DNA of 64,000 nt. Origin: Hyphochytrium catenoides (lineage: Eukaryota > Protista > Hyphochytriomycota). The translations under genes and the position numbers were made by a program. The notes beneath the pieces are model-generated. The model made no database searches. It was not told where the DNA came from and saw only the letters and a program-made list of their open reading frames with translations. Below are positions 14,326-27,044 of the stretch, in pieces. The stretch covers positions 62,001 to 126,000 of the forward strand of contig FLMG01002723.1 in the NCBI GenBank assembly GCA_900088475.1, given 5' to 3'. The first letter of the stretch is position 1. Each line of letters opens with the position of its first letter.

Positions 14326-15226
14326 CGCTAGCCCTTCTTCGTCACCTGGCGCATGCCGCGATGCGCAGTTTGCTGTTAAGGACCTGGCATGGCGTCATTC
14401 CTGAAGTAAAAGCTTCTAAATGGCCGAGCGCTTTCTGACCACTTCTACTTTGGGTCAGAGGGTTATCGGGAGCAGCCCATTGCATGTAGCTGTCTCTTTG
14501 CCGGAGTAGCGCATCTCATGTATGCACGTATGATGTCCATCAAATAGGATTTGGAGATGGCAAGAAGGGTAATGTTGAGAGGAGAAAGAAAAGAGAGAGA
14601 GAGAGGATGAGAGATGAGGGAGAGAGATGGCCGTGAGAGACAATGGTGTGGGCGGGAGAAGGAGGGATGAGAAGCTCCTCTTCCGATCCACAGACGTCTA
14701 AAATGTCCCTTCGTCTTTTGAGCTCTTCAGTCATTACTACAACCGGCCGTGACAGAGCTAACAGGGCAATAGCCACTACGGCTCAAGGGTTATTACTACA
14801 TCTTTTGAAGAGAAGCATGATTGAGGCACTTCAAGTCCTCCAGCCGGGGGCTGGAGCGTGTACACTAATTAAGAACTCTTCCTCCTCTTCCTGGCCGATG
14901 GAGATACCTCTAAGAAGTGCATGGTCCCTCTCCGCACCTCCTGGTCGAGCTTATCAAGACATAATGCTGGTGCTGCTCGCCAAGGCGCCAAGACTTATAG
15001 TTGTCAGATACTCAAGGGCGGAAGGTGGTGTACTTCTTCGTGAGATCAGCTCGCTGTTTAATGAGCACATCAGGTTGAGGTCAAAGGATCTACTTCGCAG
15101 GTGGGAGTATATTGTACACTTATTATCCTCGCGATGTCACTGTTCTATATATATGGTATGTGATGCCTCTTGAGTGCACGAATAGCACTGGATAGATGCT
15201 GTCCCAACCCCGAACAGCTCCTTTGG

Positions 15227-16658
15227 TCACCACTCTAGCTTTCCAGGGACGTACATGTCAATGAGAGACAAATAGTAGGGCCAAACCTTCTTGATATCTG
15301 GAGGGGTGTCGGACTTCGTATAAAGGTCAAACCGGTTGAACTCTTTTACCCATTCCCTGATCTCATAGTCTTCCTCCACCATCAACTCCTCATAGTGATG
15401 ATCCCGGTGCCAGGGGTAGCAGCTATGAAATCTGACCATGGCCAATCCCTCCTCAGGAATAGCAACGTTATTGTGCACTAAGACGCGGTAGAGATATTCG
15501 TCATGGCCCCAGGTTAGCCGTACATTCTTCATTCCACAATGCCGCTCGTACATTCCTGTGGGCGTCATATACCTACTTCAGGCGAAAGTGCAGAGAGGGA
15601 CGGACGGAGGGGGACAGCGAGGCAAGTCAGAGGATAATATTGAAAGACGCAGGAAGTGGAAGCACGGTAGAATGCTCATGTAGGGCTAGGGGTGGCAGCT
15701 CAGATACGCTCGCTCACTTCTCATCGCAATCCGCCTTTCTCTTTCGCTACCCGCTGCCGAACACCGCTCTAATTTCTCCAGCTCCACTCTGCTACATCTT
15801 CCACCACTGCCTTGTAGAAATTTCTCATCTATCAACTCTTGTATCTCTTCGACAAGGTCTACATCTCTTCCGTACCTACCTCTCGTCAATCATGTCAGGA
15901 CAAAGCCTATTGAATTGTGGAAAAACGTTGGAGTCTGGCAACTGGCAACCTACGACCCAGGAGTCTCCTCCAAGCGCCCACTGATTAGTCTGTCCCTGTC
16001 CATCCTCTTCACACCCCCAGAGATACTGGATCTTTCCCAAATCGTGAATGAGGCCAACCAGCTGGAACCAGTCGGGATGACCGGCCTTGCGGATTCCTAA
16101 AAAGGGAGAGTCATAATGTTCAGTCCTATGTCACCTTTGACTTAAAAGACCCAGTGAAAACGTATAGGTCCCCTTACGATCCGTCGCTGCCTGTGTCTCT
16201 ACAGTCTACGATATATGATCGAGCCTCGAGTCAATACTCATCGCGTCTAGCTAACACGTTTAGTCTTCCCCTTGGCAATAGCGGCTATGCCGCAGTAACC
16301 TATTGCGCTTACCTTCTGCTGTCTGTAGTAAGTGGTCTATACTTGACACGTCTATATCAGGGTCAGAAGCGTCTATGAACTTGTCTACCAAGTTCAAAGC
16401 TTCAACGATCGTCATCTTGGCGTGGTCAAACTTGCAGTACTTCTTTTCCATCCGTTCAACAAAGCGGACAGTCTGGTTCAACCTCATAAGGCGATAGTGA
16501 CTTTCAACGATCGCTTGAGTTTGATGGTCCTCTTCTCCCACTGAATCCTCATCGGTAGTGCTTCCACCCATCTCTGCGCTTCTACGGCGTCGTCGCCCAG
16601 AAGCCGAGCTCCATTGGGGAATATCAGAGCTCATCGTTGGTTCAGATGAAGTACTCAT
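15227..16658 (-). CDS. MIOX: Myo-inositol oxygenase (3 exons)
   Basis: Hallmark motifs QTVRFV, DASDPDID..HLLQTAE, HPDWFQLVGLIHDLGK, WGHDEYLY, RFHSCYPWH, FNRFDLYTK and C-terminal GKLEW*. Confidence 0.96.
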
Positions 16659-17660
16659 TCTTTACACAGAAAAGCCTACTGAACCCCTTAGGAATATTTC
16701 AGGGCGCATTCGAGGCCAAGATACGTACTCCACCAGCGATTAGCTGTGTCTGCACCGAGCTGGAGCATTTTTCGTCTCGATAGATTCCCGCCGACTCTGC
16801 GAGTCAAGAGCACTTCCAATAAGGACCAGTAGAGGCGTTAAAGTAGACTGAGCTAGGTGCACCTTCGCTGTTTGACTCACTCTTCGGCAGTGGCCTTCGC
16901 CAGCTCCTACAGTCTAGAGACCATCGATAGTCGTCCTTCAATGTTATAAGTCATCTGGCATCAGCAGCCAGGCTCAGTAGTAAACGTAGTCACTGCAGGT
17001 CGAGAGAGCTTCTCTGACCCCAGATGCAAGCTTTATAATAGTAGAGGCGGCTGATGAGCCTTAGCCACAGAGACAGTGATAGTGACAGTCGCAACGCTGC
17101 ATGGCTGTCGAGATCCCTCAGCGTAATAACACCTCATTGCTCTGCAGCAGCTGGTCTCCAACTGCTATTGGGTTGGCATTGCGGCCTCCTTCTGACCACT
17201 TTATCCTGGAGGAACGTCTACCCCTTTGCCTTTCCTCCTCATACGAGTAGCTTTGGTGCAAGAAGACGCCCACACCACGAATATCAGAAATTGGTTATAT
17301 GATGATTACCGAAGCTAATTGATTTCTTCAGTGATTCTCTGTCATCCGTTATGGATCTCTCTCTCCAACTTCATTTTTCTAGGGAAATCGGTAGATTGTG
17401 GAGCTCAGAACTTTGCCAGGTTAGTTCTCCTTGCTCGCTTCTGACAGTTCCCTGGCCTTAGTGATGCCGCTCTATGGCGCACTGATCACGCGTAAGGAAC
17501 GGAAGCATCGGGCTACTCCAGCAGAAGTAGAAGTGTTCTCTTGGTGCGTCCACACCTGGGATAGCTACGATGATCGCTAGAAAGTAGCACCGTGCGCCTC
17601 TGATAGGTCCAAAGAGTCCTCCCATCATGACTTCGGAGCACCGTTGCTGATCTCGACGAC

Positions 17661-20600
17661 ATGGATTCCAGCGACCACGGTCCCGAGGTGGAGGAGCCTC
17701 CGGCCGCCGTACATAGCGACACTCCATCGACAGAGAAGCCCGTTGCAGACAGCAGCGATGGCACTACTGCAGCTGCAGAATCTGTACAGGTCGCAGTGAG
17801 GGTACGGCCGTTGGCTGCTGGCGCTGGTACTGGTAATGCCAAGCGTGTTGTCACAGTCTCTTCTGGGGGGAAAATTGCTCTCAGTAGCGGGAAGCATGAT
17901 CTCAAATGCTCATATGACTGGTAGGCAGATAGATGATAGCTTTTGTCTCTCCCGCAAGCATTGCATCCACAGTTTATAGAGGTCTCATTCCATCACGTCA
18001 CCATTTGTCCTTCAGTGCCCCTCGCCTTCTACTACGACTATGATTTTCCATCAGCTTCTTCGGCCTCTTTCGCACGATACGTCCCACTACCCATCCTGAT
18101 CAGTTATTCTCCGTATGCATCTAATGCCTTCGTAGCGTCTTCGCTGAGGAATCTACCCAAGAAGAGGTTTATTCCTTTGTCAAGTCTTCAGTGCAGGGAG
18201 TTGCCCAGGGCTTCAATTGCACAATTATCGCTTATGGACAAACGGGTACCGGCAAAACCACAACGATGATGTAAGTGCAGCCTTTGGCTCCAAAGTCTTC
18301 GGAGCGGGCCAATGCCTCACGCTTCCTCTCTGTAGAGGTCTGGAGAATGCTGTCAAGGGAGAGAGTGAGCGAGGGATCATTCCGCGAGCCATTGAGGATC
18401 TGTTTAAAGAGCTCGAGGTAACTTTTACCTGGCTGAGTCCCCTATATCCATCCTTTTTTCAAGGCCCTGCTTGAGGTGCCTAGGTTCCATCGTCAAAGAG
18501 CAGTGCACTTAGGTATTCAAATTCTCAACTTCCAAACCCACTCTGACGTTCACCGCAGTCTCTATCCGTCTCTGGCACTGCCGCGTCCATACGTTGTTCC
18601 TACATGCAAGTCTACGGGAACAACATCTATGACCTTCTCGCTGGATACATTCCACGTGGAAAGAAAATTGAGCAAGTAAACGAGCCTGTCGACTCACAAA
18701 CAGGAGGAGGGAAGGACAGAGAGAAAGATAAGATGAGTCTTCAGATTCGGGAGATGGTGAAAGGGAACGAGAGGGTCATCTTTGTCAGTGGCTTGTCGGA
18801 GTTCAGAGTCTCTTCCAGTGAAGACGTCATGAGGCTGCTGCAGCAAGGAAATCGTAGCCGCAGTGTGAGATCAACGGAGTTGAATGAACATAGCAGTCGA
18901 AGTCATGCTCTCTTGCAGTTATCTCTGGAGGTTGAGAGCAGGGGCGTAGGTGGCACCACTATTATAAGGAAAGCCAAGGTAACATATGAAGGGAAGATAG
19001 CCGGAAACATGGAAGAAATATAGCTAGAGACAGAATGAGGATTAGCATACCACTATTTAGGGTTGTCACTGGCAGGGAGATCAATGACACATACTGACAC
19101 TTCCATCCGGACACAGCTTAATCTTGTGGACCTCGCCGGCTCTGAAAAGGTACCAAAGGCAGACCGCGTCTCCTTGTGTGCCTTAAGCTTGGACTAACCT
19201 TTCGATCTCCGGCAGTGGAATACTAATCTTGATATGCCTAAGGAGCAAGCTAAGGAGCTGACAGCCATCAATCAGAGCTTGTCTGCCTTGGGGAATGTCA
19301 TCTCCGCTTTAAGTGAACGGAAACGAGCTCATATCCCTTATAGAAACTCCAAGTTGACACGTCTACTGCAAGACAGTCTTGGAGGGAACTGCCGGACGGT
19401 CATTATCGCAACCATCTCGCCTTCTGAGGTCAGCACTAAATCTCTTCCTTCCACAATTTCTAGCCTTATTTGATTGCAACTCTTTGGGGAGGCTTACCAT
19501 TAAGAGCTTATACCGTCTGATTGATAACCTCAGTCTTCACGATATGAGCCCAGTCTACGCTTCTCGTGCTCACTTTAGCTTCCCTTGCTATTATATCTTA
19601 ACACGTCTTGTAGCCTGCCTGGGGTGCATCCATTGCTATCAAGGTGTCGGCTCTGCTCGTATGATCTGACTCATTCTTGCAGGATGCAACCGAAGAGTCG
19701 ATCTCCACGCTCCACTTCGCTGATAGGGCTAAAAGTGTACTGGTCAGGGTCAAAGCCAACGAAGTGGTTGATGATGCAGTACTGCTGGCCAGGGCCCAGG
19801 TAAGGCTCCAGAGAGCATTGCAGTAGCATCCTTACCAAGCTTTTCTTTCTCGCGGTCACACAGAGAGAAATCGCTCGTTTGAAGTCTCTTTTGAAAGAAA
19901 GAGATAAGGCAGCCATACCGCTAGATATCTCCAGGAAATTGGAACAACTGGTAGCGGAGAACAAAGAACTCAGATTAGAGAACACCTCGCTGAGAAGTCA
20001 ACTACTGAAGCATTCCGGGAGAGCAGGGACCCATGGCTCTGCGAAGGGCGTCAGAATCAGTAACTTGTACGAAAATGATGTGCTCTGTTAGCAGGCCCTG
20101 TCTCCCTTCACTTCGCTCTCTCTGTCCTCTACTGTGAAGCTTTTCCTGACCACCTGTGCCTTTTACTGTGCTTCTGAGGTTCTTCATTCTCTCTTCGACG
20201 TCACTTCATCTACTTTTGCTTTTTATCTTTATCTGTGTTCTTGTTGTTCCGCGTGTTGGCAGACTCAGTGTCAAGTGAAGGAACGGCTAATCTCGCACCC
20301 GAATCTGCCAGCGACAGTAAGGACGCGAAAAACCATCCAGAAAATGACAGCGACGAAGAAAACGGTGACGATCTGGACCTCGAACTTTTAAGGCAATATG
20401 TGGATCCAACCTCCATCAGGCATCAGATTGCTTCGACCACCAACGAGCTTCGCCAAAGTGAAGAGTCTCTTGCGGCCATTCAGGTCTTGATCGCTCACAA
20501 GGCTAGCACTTACATCTTCTGTTTATGTCCCTCTAGCTGTAAAAGTCGCTGTAAGCTTGCGGAACTTGCTGACAGCCGTTTGTCACCACATCAGGCGGAG

Positions 20601-22142
20601 AGAAAAAAAATAGAGCTACAGCTAGGAGGAACGGCCACCACCTCGGAGGAAGATGACAAATGCCCTATGTGCAGTCGATTGATTGAAGCTCACACAGACC
20701 AAGAGTTAGACGCGTGTGTAGAACTTGAAGCAGAGAAGATGAGGGCGAGAGCAGGAGAGGAGCCTCAAGATATCACTAGAAAAGGTGGCGAAGCGCCGTG
20801 CCTCGATGGTGTAGAAGCGCCAGCCCCAAAGGAAGAGAAGATAGATACTGGAAGGAGAGGAGAGGAGCTTCTTCGTCTCAGTGAACAGGTCATTCAGGGT
20901 AAACTTCGCCCAACTGCTTTGAAAACCTCCGAGGGTTTGGCCCCAACCCTGGAAGACAAGAAGAATCAGATTAGCATAAAAGTTAATGGCAGGCCTCAGA
21001 CATCGGGTGCTCTGCGGTCTGGTGGCACCGATTCGCATAAGGCAGAGGCGGAAGGTGGCGGAGCTGAGAAACTGAATTTCCATGTTGCGGACATTGGATC
21101 GCGGTTGGAGGTCTTCAACACAAGGTAGCATGCCGCGTCCTCAATTGTCCTTACCCTCCACACTCTCTCCAGGTTCGATGTTAGTTCAGCATCTCGGTAC
21201 TCCATCCCGCCCAGGTTTTCAAATCTTCATGTTCTTTTCTCCTCTTGAATCCTGGGCAATATTATCCTTGTCCTGAGCGACTGGTTTTTATATCCCTCTC
21301 AGATCTCGCTCGATTTTCCAAGCGTTGTTGCTATTGGTCTACACTATCACCTCCTGCGACGAAGTACTACTCTGACATCTCATCTCAATTTTTGCTACAA
21401 CCGTTAGATATGATTCTTGGTATCCCTGTGTCATTGTTGGATATGATCAAAAGCGACGGATGCACCTCTGTCAGTACGAATATGGGGACAAGCAGTGGCA
21501 CGACCTGACGCAGAGAAAGTACAGGGTGATTATGCTGCACGGAAAACCGCCCCCAGGTTGTGCAGCTGAATGAGGACTGACCTTTCAATCCCTTTGATAC
21601 CTTTGGACTTGGTGTATCCTACAATAGACATCGGAAAGATGATGGCTGCTCTAAAGCTCGCCTCCACCATAATCTCCTTCTTCCCTATCGGTTCTTCGTC
21701 GTCAGTTCTCCTTTTCCTCTGAGGCTTCAAATCCGCCTCCATGTCCCAGTCATTATCCTTCTTAAAGAGTTTCACGTCTATGTCTTGCATCAGTCGCTGA
21801 TGCTTCATTTTCCTTCTCCATCAGCTCTCCAACGTACAACACATAGCAAAGTGCAAGAGGACGCTATGGGTTTCTCCGGCAATTTGGGCACATCAATTTC
21901 CCGTTCCAATAGTGACAACCTTACCAGCCAGTCTATGGTCAAGAGAGCTTCTACTTCTCAAGGCAGGAGAAAGAAGCCTTTACGGAACGTGAGTCCGCCT
22001 ATGATAGCTGCCGTTTGCCGTCATGTCGTACTTCAAAGTGCTAGATTCCGCAAGCAGTTATACGTGTCTATCTATTTTGCCATTCGCATGAGATGTTACC
22101 TAGCAGTCAAAAGGAGCTAAAGTATGGCGACATCACGACTGA
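17661..22142 (+). CDS. Kinesin with N-terminal motor, coiled-coil stalk, CxxC-H-C motif and Tudor-like C-terminal domain (multi-exon)
   Basis: [10 protein letters not shown]-loop [20 protein letters not shown], switch I NEHSSRSH, switch [43 protein letters not shown]. Downstream exons splice in frame to a TGA at 22140-22142. Confidence 0.93.
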
Positions 22143-22717
22143 CACCGGGTGATCCCCAGGCGGATGTTCTCTATGATCCCACGACAAACAACAGTGGCGG
22201 TGCGGATAGTAGTCAGAGCCCCGCCCGGGAACAAGCTCCCCTGCCGAGAGCAGCAACGCCTAAATTTGGCTTTGCTCAGAAGTAAGATTGCTGCGTCCCT
22301 TGACGTAGTGTTCCTGGTAAACGAAGGTGTTGGTTATACTGCGACTGATCCTCTTCTCTTGGCATTATTCCGTGCTGTGATGTAGGAAAACCATTGACCC
22401 GCGGCTCTCACACCTAGCAAACATGTACGGTGTGAAATAGTTGGACGACCGGACGGTCGTCCTTCGCACTGAAGGTTCTGTACCACCATCTACCCTAAGT
22501 TATTCTATAAGCATCTCCCGTAGAGTCGGGAATCAGCGAGGTCGGCATTAACAATGTGTCCAATGATACCGGTCACCCAAGAGCGAACTAATAGTCATGG
22601 AGGATGAACGCTTTGGTGATATTAGGCTAGTGTTTATAAATTGGTATGAATATGTCAGATAATACACAGTGAAACTGGGTCGCGTACGATTTTCCTTAAC
22701 ACGTTTGATCTTGCGGC

Positions 22718-23593
22718 TTACCACTTGCAGACCTGTACGCCAGGCCATTGAGGGCACTGTCCTTGGCTAACATACTCAAAGCAACTGAAGTATCCGTTCT
22801 CCTTTTTCCAGCAAGGAGGAGCCTGTGGAGCGTTGGCCCATCCCCCACCTTGCCAGTTGCCTCTGAGGCAAGACCCCTTACAATAGTCAGATGGTGGTGG
22901 AGGTGTGGAAGGAGGAGGTGTGGAAGGAGGAGGGGTGGAGGTTGGGCTCTTCTTGCAGTCGGTGGTCTGATCTGGCCATGGGCACGCACCATTGACGTAC
23001 TCGTAGCAGCTATAGTACCCGTTTTCCTTCTTCCAGCAAGGAGGAGAGTTAGCGGCTTCGGCCCATCCTCCACCCTGCCAGTTTCCTCGAAGGCATTTGG
23101 TCTTGCAAATATCCTTATCTCCACCATTGTCCGACTCTTTCTTGATGTTAGCAAAGAAGAGATACCATACAGATCCTCCTCCATGACCACCATCCGCACC
23201 GACTAGGCATAAAGTCCACTGCTCCTTTGGATACTTCTTAATGAAGTCAGGCCCGTTCTCATACTTCAGGTTGTTGTCACCCCATGTTCCGCTCTTGCAG
23301 GTAACAAGTTCCTCCTTGTAGCCTTCGTGGTAAACATACTTCTGGTATTGATAGGCAGGCGTGCCATCCTGGACTTTGAAGATATAATAGGGTGGATTGC
23401 CATGTTTCGCCTCAAACTTTTGACCATCGTTCACCCCATATTGACTTCCTTGATGCGAAACTTCCCATCTGTCCGGTCGATCCAAGCTCCACAGCTTAGC
23501 AGCAGCATATTCCTCGTATTGCCAACTGTCAGTAGCAAGTGCTACAGCACTCAGGAGAGTGCACGATGCCGCAAAGGCCAAAGCTTTAAACAT
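22718..23593 (-). CDS. Intronless secreted protein with two C-terminal 6-Cys, Trp-rich repeats separated by a Pro/Ser/Thr linker (putative carbohydrate-binding modules)
   Basis: Signal-peptide-like MFKALAFAASCTLLSAVALAT. Two copies of CKxxCLRGNWQGGGWAxAxxxPPCWKKENGY(Y/F)SC(Y/F)EYV..CP.W....C joined by STPPPSTPPPSTPPPP. Confidence 0.85.
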   Translation of the reverse strand: MFKALAFAASCTLLSAVALATDSWQYEEYAAAKLWSLDRPDRWEVSHQGSQYGVNDGQKFEAKHGNPPYYIFKVQDGTPAYQYQKYVYHEGYKEELVTCKSGTWGDNNLKYENGPDFIKKYPKEQWTLCLVGADGGHGGGSVWYLFFANIKKESDNGGDKDICKTKCLRGNWQGGGWAEAANSPPCWKKENGYYSCYEYVNGACPWPDQTTDCKKSPTSTPPPSTPPPSTPPPPSDYCKGSCLRGNWQGGGWANAPQAPPCWKKENGYFSCFEYVSQGQCPQWPGVQVCKW

Positions 23594-24329
23594 TTTCCTC
23601 CTCGGAGGTCTTCTACCAGGTAAGGGCAATGTGTGGCTGCAGCTTGAAAAGTGGCCGTCGCTGATGTTCTTGTTGATCTCTTGGTAGATTGACTTATGGC
23701 TCTCTAGTAGAGGACACATGAGATGGACTGAGGATCCAGAAGATCAGCGGATTGGCCTCAATGCTCTGCGTTACTTGTCACAGGTCAGAAGCTTCAAGTC
23801 CAGTGAGCATTATACAGATAGGAGGAACTTCCCTGTTTGTCTCTCTTCTTCAATCGTCCCGGTAATGTGAAGGAGGTTCAGGACTCTGACTCGGGGCTGC
23901 TTGTAGGTTCTGTCCTTTGATGGTTTGGCTCCCTCCTACCCAAAGCGTCTCTTGCTGAAAGGGCTTTTGGTCCTCCACATGATAGCCAATCAGATCACTT
24001 GAAGCAAAGCCCCAGTGTTTGTAGCAGAAGGTAACGTTTGGGCGACTAAACTGGGGACTTTCCACTCATAGACTTTGCAGTAAAGCTTTAGACGGGAGGC
24101 TTCCCAAAAAAAGGTAGTCAAAACGCTTTGGCTGATTGGCCAATAGTGTTCAAGGCTAAATCTTACTCGGCCTGCCATTGGCTGAGACCTGCCCTTTGCA
24201 ATAGCTCATCTCAATCTTTGCCCCAACCTCGTCTCTTGAATCGAACACCCTCCCCTCCACCTCTGCCTGCCGCTACCCTCCAGCTTTATATTCTGACGAT
24301 TTGAAGCTGCGTAGCGCAAAGTCATACGG

Positions 24330-24880
24330 AGTACGTCCTAAGCTCTGTTCCTCGAAATTGCCATCTCTCTTCTTGTGAGCTCATGGCTTCCTGCTCTCTT
24401 TGTAGGTCGGCCAAGCATCCGCCTCTAGCAATGCCTTCTTCTCGTCCGGCGGCCCAGTTCTGACTTGACTCGACTCAGCTATCGCTTGGTTGTAAACTGA
24501 GAGTAGCGGATCATCTGCCAAACACCACAACGCTAACACTTTGCCGGCGCCAAGTCCTTACGCTACACCCAAAAGTGCAGCTATCAGTTTGATCATCTAG
24601 CGGAATTCGTGCAGTTCATTCAATGCAGTGATCCAGTGAGTGACTTCAAGCTCATCCCCTATGGTAGTCCATCCCTGCATCAACATGTTTAACATGGACG
24701 AAAAGAGAAGAGATTACTAGCTCTTACTGGTACTCAATGTCTGGAAAAGATTATGTACACCCCCTCTATGACGTTCCTTCCCATGCTGGCTGCCATCCCA
24801 ACTGCATTTGTTTGGATTGAGCCCCATACTGGTCCAAATCCTTCGTCAACCCTTTCTTTTACAAGGGCAACACCGGGGGA
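24330..24880 (+). mobile_element. Decayed reverse-transcriptase relic, DIRS/Ngaro-like
   Basis: Frameshifted fragments in RT order: SNAF/LLVRRPSS..YRLVVN (cf. FLVPKxx..RLVxDLR), YQFDHLAEFVQFIQCSD (cf. FKMETL..LIQxGD) and FPCWLPS/PTAF..LSPILVQILRQ (cf. LPFGWxxSPxxF..V..LR). Many stops; no YxDD motif recognised. Confidence 0.4.
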
Positions 24881-25329
24881 ATAACTGCAATTATTGAGTC
24901 ACAAATGGTCCTCACTTCCCAATATTTGTCCCGAAGAGAAGAGGGTGTTGGTCAAACCACTCCTAGATGGCGCCTGCCCTGCTAGACGACACAAGCGGTT
25001 GTTGCCTCATGGTTATAGTGATGGCAAAGGTTTATCATGACGAGTTGCGTATGATATGTTCGACAACAACACCTTTCGTCTACCCTCGACTGTCAGCTCC
25101 CCTCAGGACTCACGGTATCTAATCGTCCAAAGAAGCGAAAGCTGGCAGACGTAGAAAGAAAGAAGGCCAGGAAATACAATCACTCCGACGGCCAGACTCA
25201 GCTGTCTTTGCCAGCCTGCACAATAATCTCGTCACACCGGACGGTGTTCTGAAGGTTTGACTGAAGCTCCCTATTGTTCTTGACAGTTGGTCCGTTGGGC
25301 AGGTGCAGCAGCGGTAGGGAGGGGGTCAA

Positions 25330-26120
25330 CCTTAGTGATAGCCGATCTGAAGTCGGTCCTTTGTTAGCCCATGGATAAGTTTAGGTCTATGGCCGCTGTT
25401 CCAGAGAACACTAAAAGCAACCATCCCTAGGCGGGAAAGAAGTAAAAGCTTGGAATCGGGCGCTATATTGATTAGGAGATGCACCTAACATAGTAGGAAA
25501 GGTCAATAGCACTGTGGTAGTGTTCGTGGGACGAAGAACCGCGGAATGAAGTGAAGGGATATTGATAGATGGAACGCCAAAGTTCGAAGGTGTAGTTGCT
25601 GTGGTGTAAAGAAAGAAGAATTACCTCCCAGAGGGAGGACAGAAATTCACTCAAGTCGCATCCTTGAGCCGACTGCACGGTAATCTTTAGTAAAAGGCGA
25701 AAGATTAGTTCGTTCTGCAGTCAACTCTGCGAGTTAGTCTGACCCTCTGAGCTTGGTTCTCCTTATAAGATCACTAAGGTCCCATAAGTCCAAGTGGTGG
25801 TGAACTTTTTCTGGCCCTTTGCACTCCTGGCTAACATCACATAAGTCAGCTCTCCCCCAGGATCAGATCAATACAAATGATAGGAGTAGAAGGTTTGGTG
25901 CTTATCATACCAGCTGGCTTGTGGGACCCTCTAGGAGTATATATTTTGTTCAATCTTCCAGGATATGAAGCATACTTACCTGGCCGGTGCTCGACTGTGA
26001 TCAAGTAGGCAGTTGACATGGACTGGAGCAGGCCCTGCACTCTGGCGCTGTAATAGTCCAGGATTGCCCTTCGGGGTAACTCCACGGCATTATTTTTGGA
26101 TCACCGGCTGGCGCCTTGCG
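25330..26120 (-). mobile_element. Decayed Ty3/Gypsy-like pol relic (RNase H end + integrase)
   Basis: Minus-strand fragments in Gypsy order: SARVQGLLQSMSTAYLITVEHRPGK (cf. ARW..L..Y.F.I.HRPGK), YV..QECK/RARKSSPPLGLMGP (integrase Zn-finger exit), EFLSSLWEVIL (cf. F.S.FW..L) and PKL...KGP. Frameshifts and stops throughout. Confidence 0.5.
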
Positions 26121-26129
26121 CCGCCGGTC

Positions 26130-26166
26130 TCTCTCCTCCTTTCTCTCCTCCTTTCTCTCCTCCTTT
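26130..26166. repeat. Short tandem repeat, ~3x CTCTCCTCCTTT
   Basis: ctctcctccttt is repeated three times in tandem. Confidence 0.8.
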
Positions 26167-27044
26167 ACCCGCCTCCCACTCACCGCTTAACAGTTACTCT
26201 GCTCATTAACCCTTGCCTCAAGTTCCGGGTTACCTAGAGTTTCCCTTTACCTAGGATAAATTATACGTCGAACTATCTACTTGTAATGTTGCGCGACGCA
26301 GAGCAGTACACTGCCCCTTAACGCCGCGTCCGGGAGAGGGGCCTGGGTCTCCCGTAGTCGGCGCTGACTCCTCGCCATTTTAAGCTCATCTTAGCTGCTC
26401 CATAGTTTGTTACAAGTAGGCTGTAGAAAGAACGCCCTTTGATGGCCACCACCAGTGACAACGACAGAAAGGAGAAAGTCTAGGTTCCATGGCCGGCCAC
26501 CATTAACTCATTCGTGGGATCCATAGGGCTTAAGCAACCTGCACGGAGTCGACCCTGCAGCAAATGTGGATACAAAACGGCGACATGCCGGACGTTTCTG
26601 GCTATATTTCATCTTCTTACTGTGGTGCTTTGACGTCGCTTTCAGTTCCTGCTTGTACTTTTGATCAAGATCCAGGTTACGGGCATGGAGCCTTTCCAGA
26701 TCTTCCTAGCACTATTCTCATGTCCACCCAACAAGCGGCTGTGAAGTGTAACACTGACTTAGCTGGAGACAGGGGGCGCGTTATTGAAGACGGGAAGTCG
26801 GATATTTTGAGAAATGGGCTGGGTAGGAGATGACATCGGAATAGGACGTCGCAACATTATTTAGGGGACAGTGTCAAGCTGTAGACACAAAAAGTGCCCT
26901 GAGACTGAGCCGCTATGGAGTGGCTTTAGGTACATCTCCTATGTACAAACTAAGCGACTAAGCTCAGCTAATATACTGAAAGTAGTGAAGGTAGGAACAG
27001 GTATAGAACAGGTAATGCGAAGTATTCGCCTGGTGTCTCCTACC

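Noticed and set aside
14643-15173. 176-aa plus-strand ORF between MIOX and the giant gene
   Set aside because: No motifs, non-ATG start, and antisense to the flanking genes; likely spurious.
1-16658. MIOX next to a phosphatase-like gene as an inositol-phosphate utilisation cluster
   Set aside because: The PhoD-like modules lack catalytic ligands and a signal peptide; adjacency alone is not evidence.
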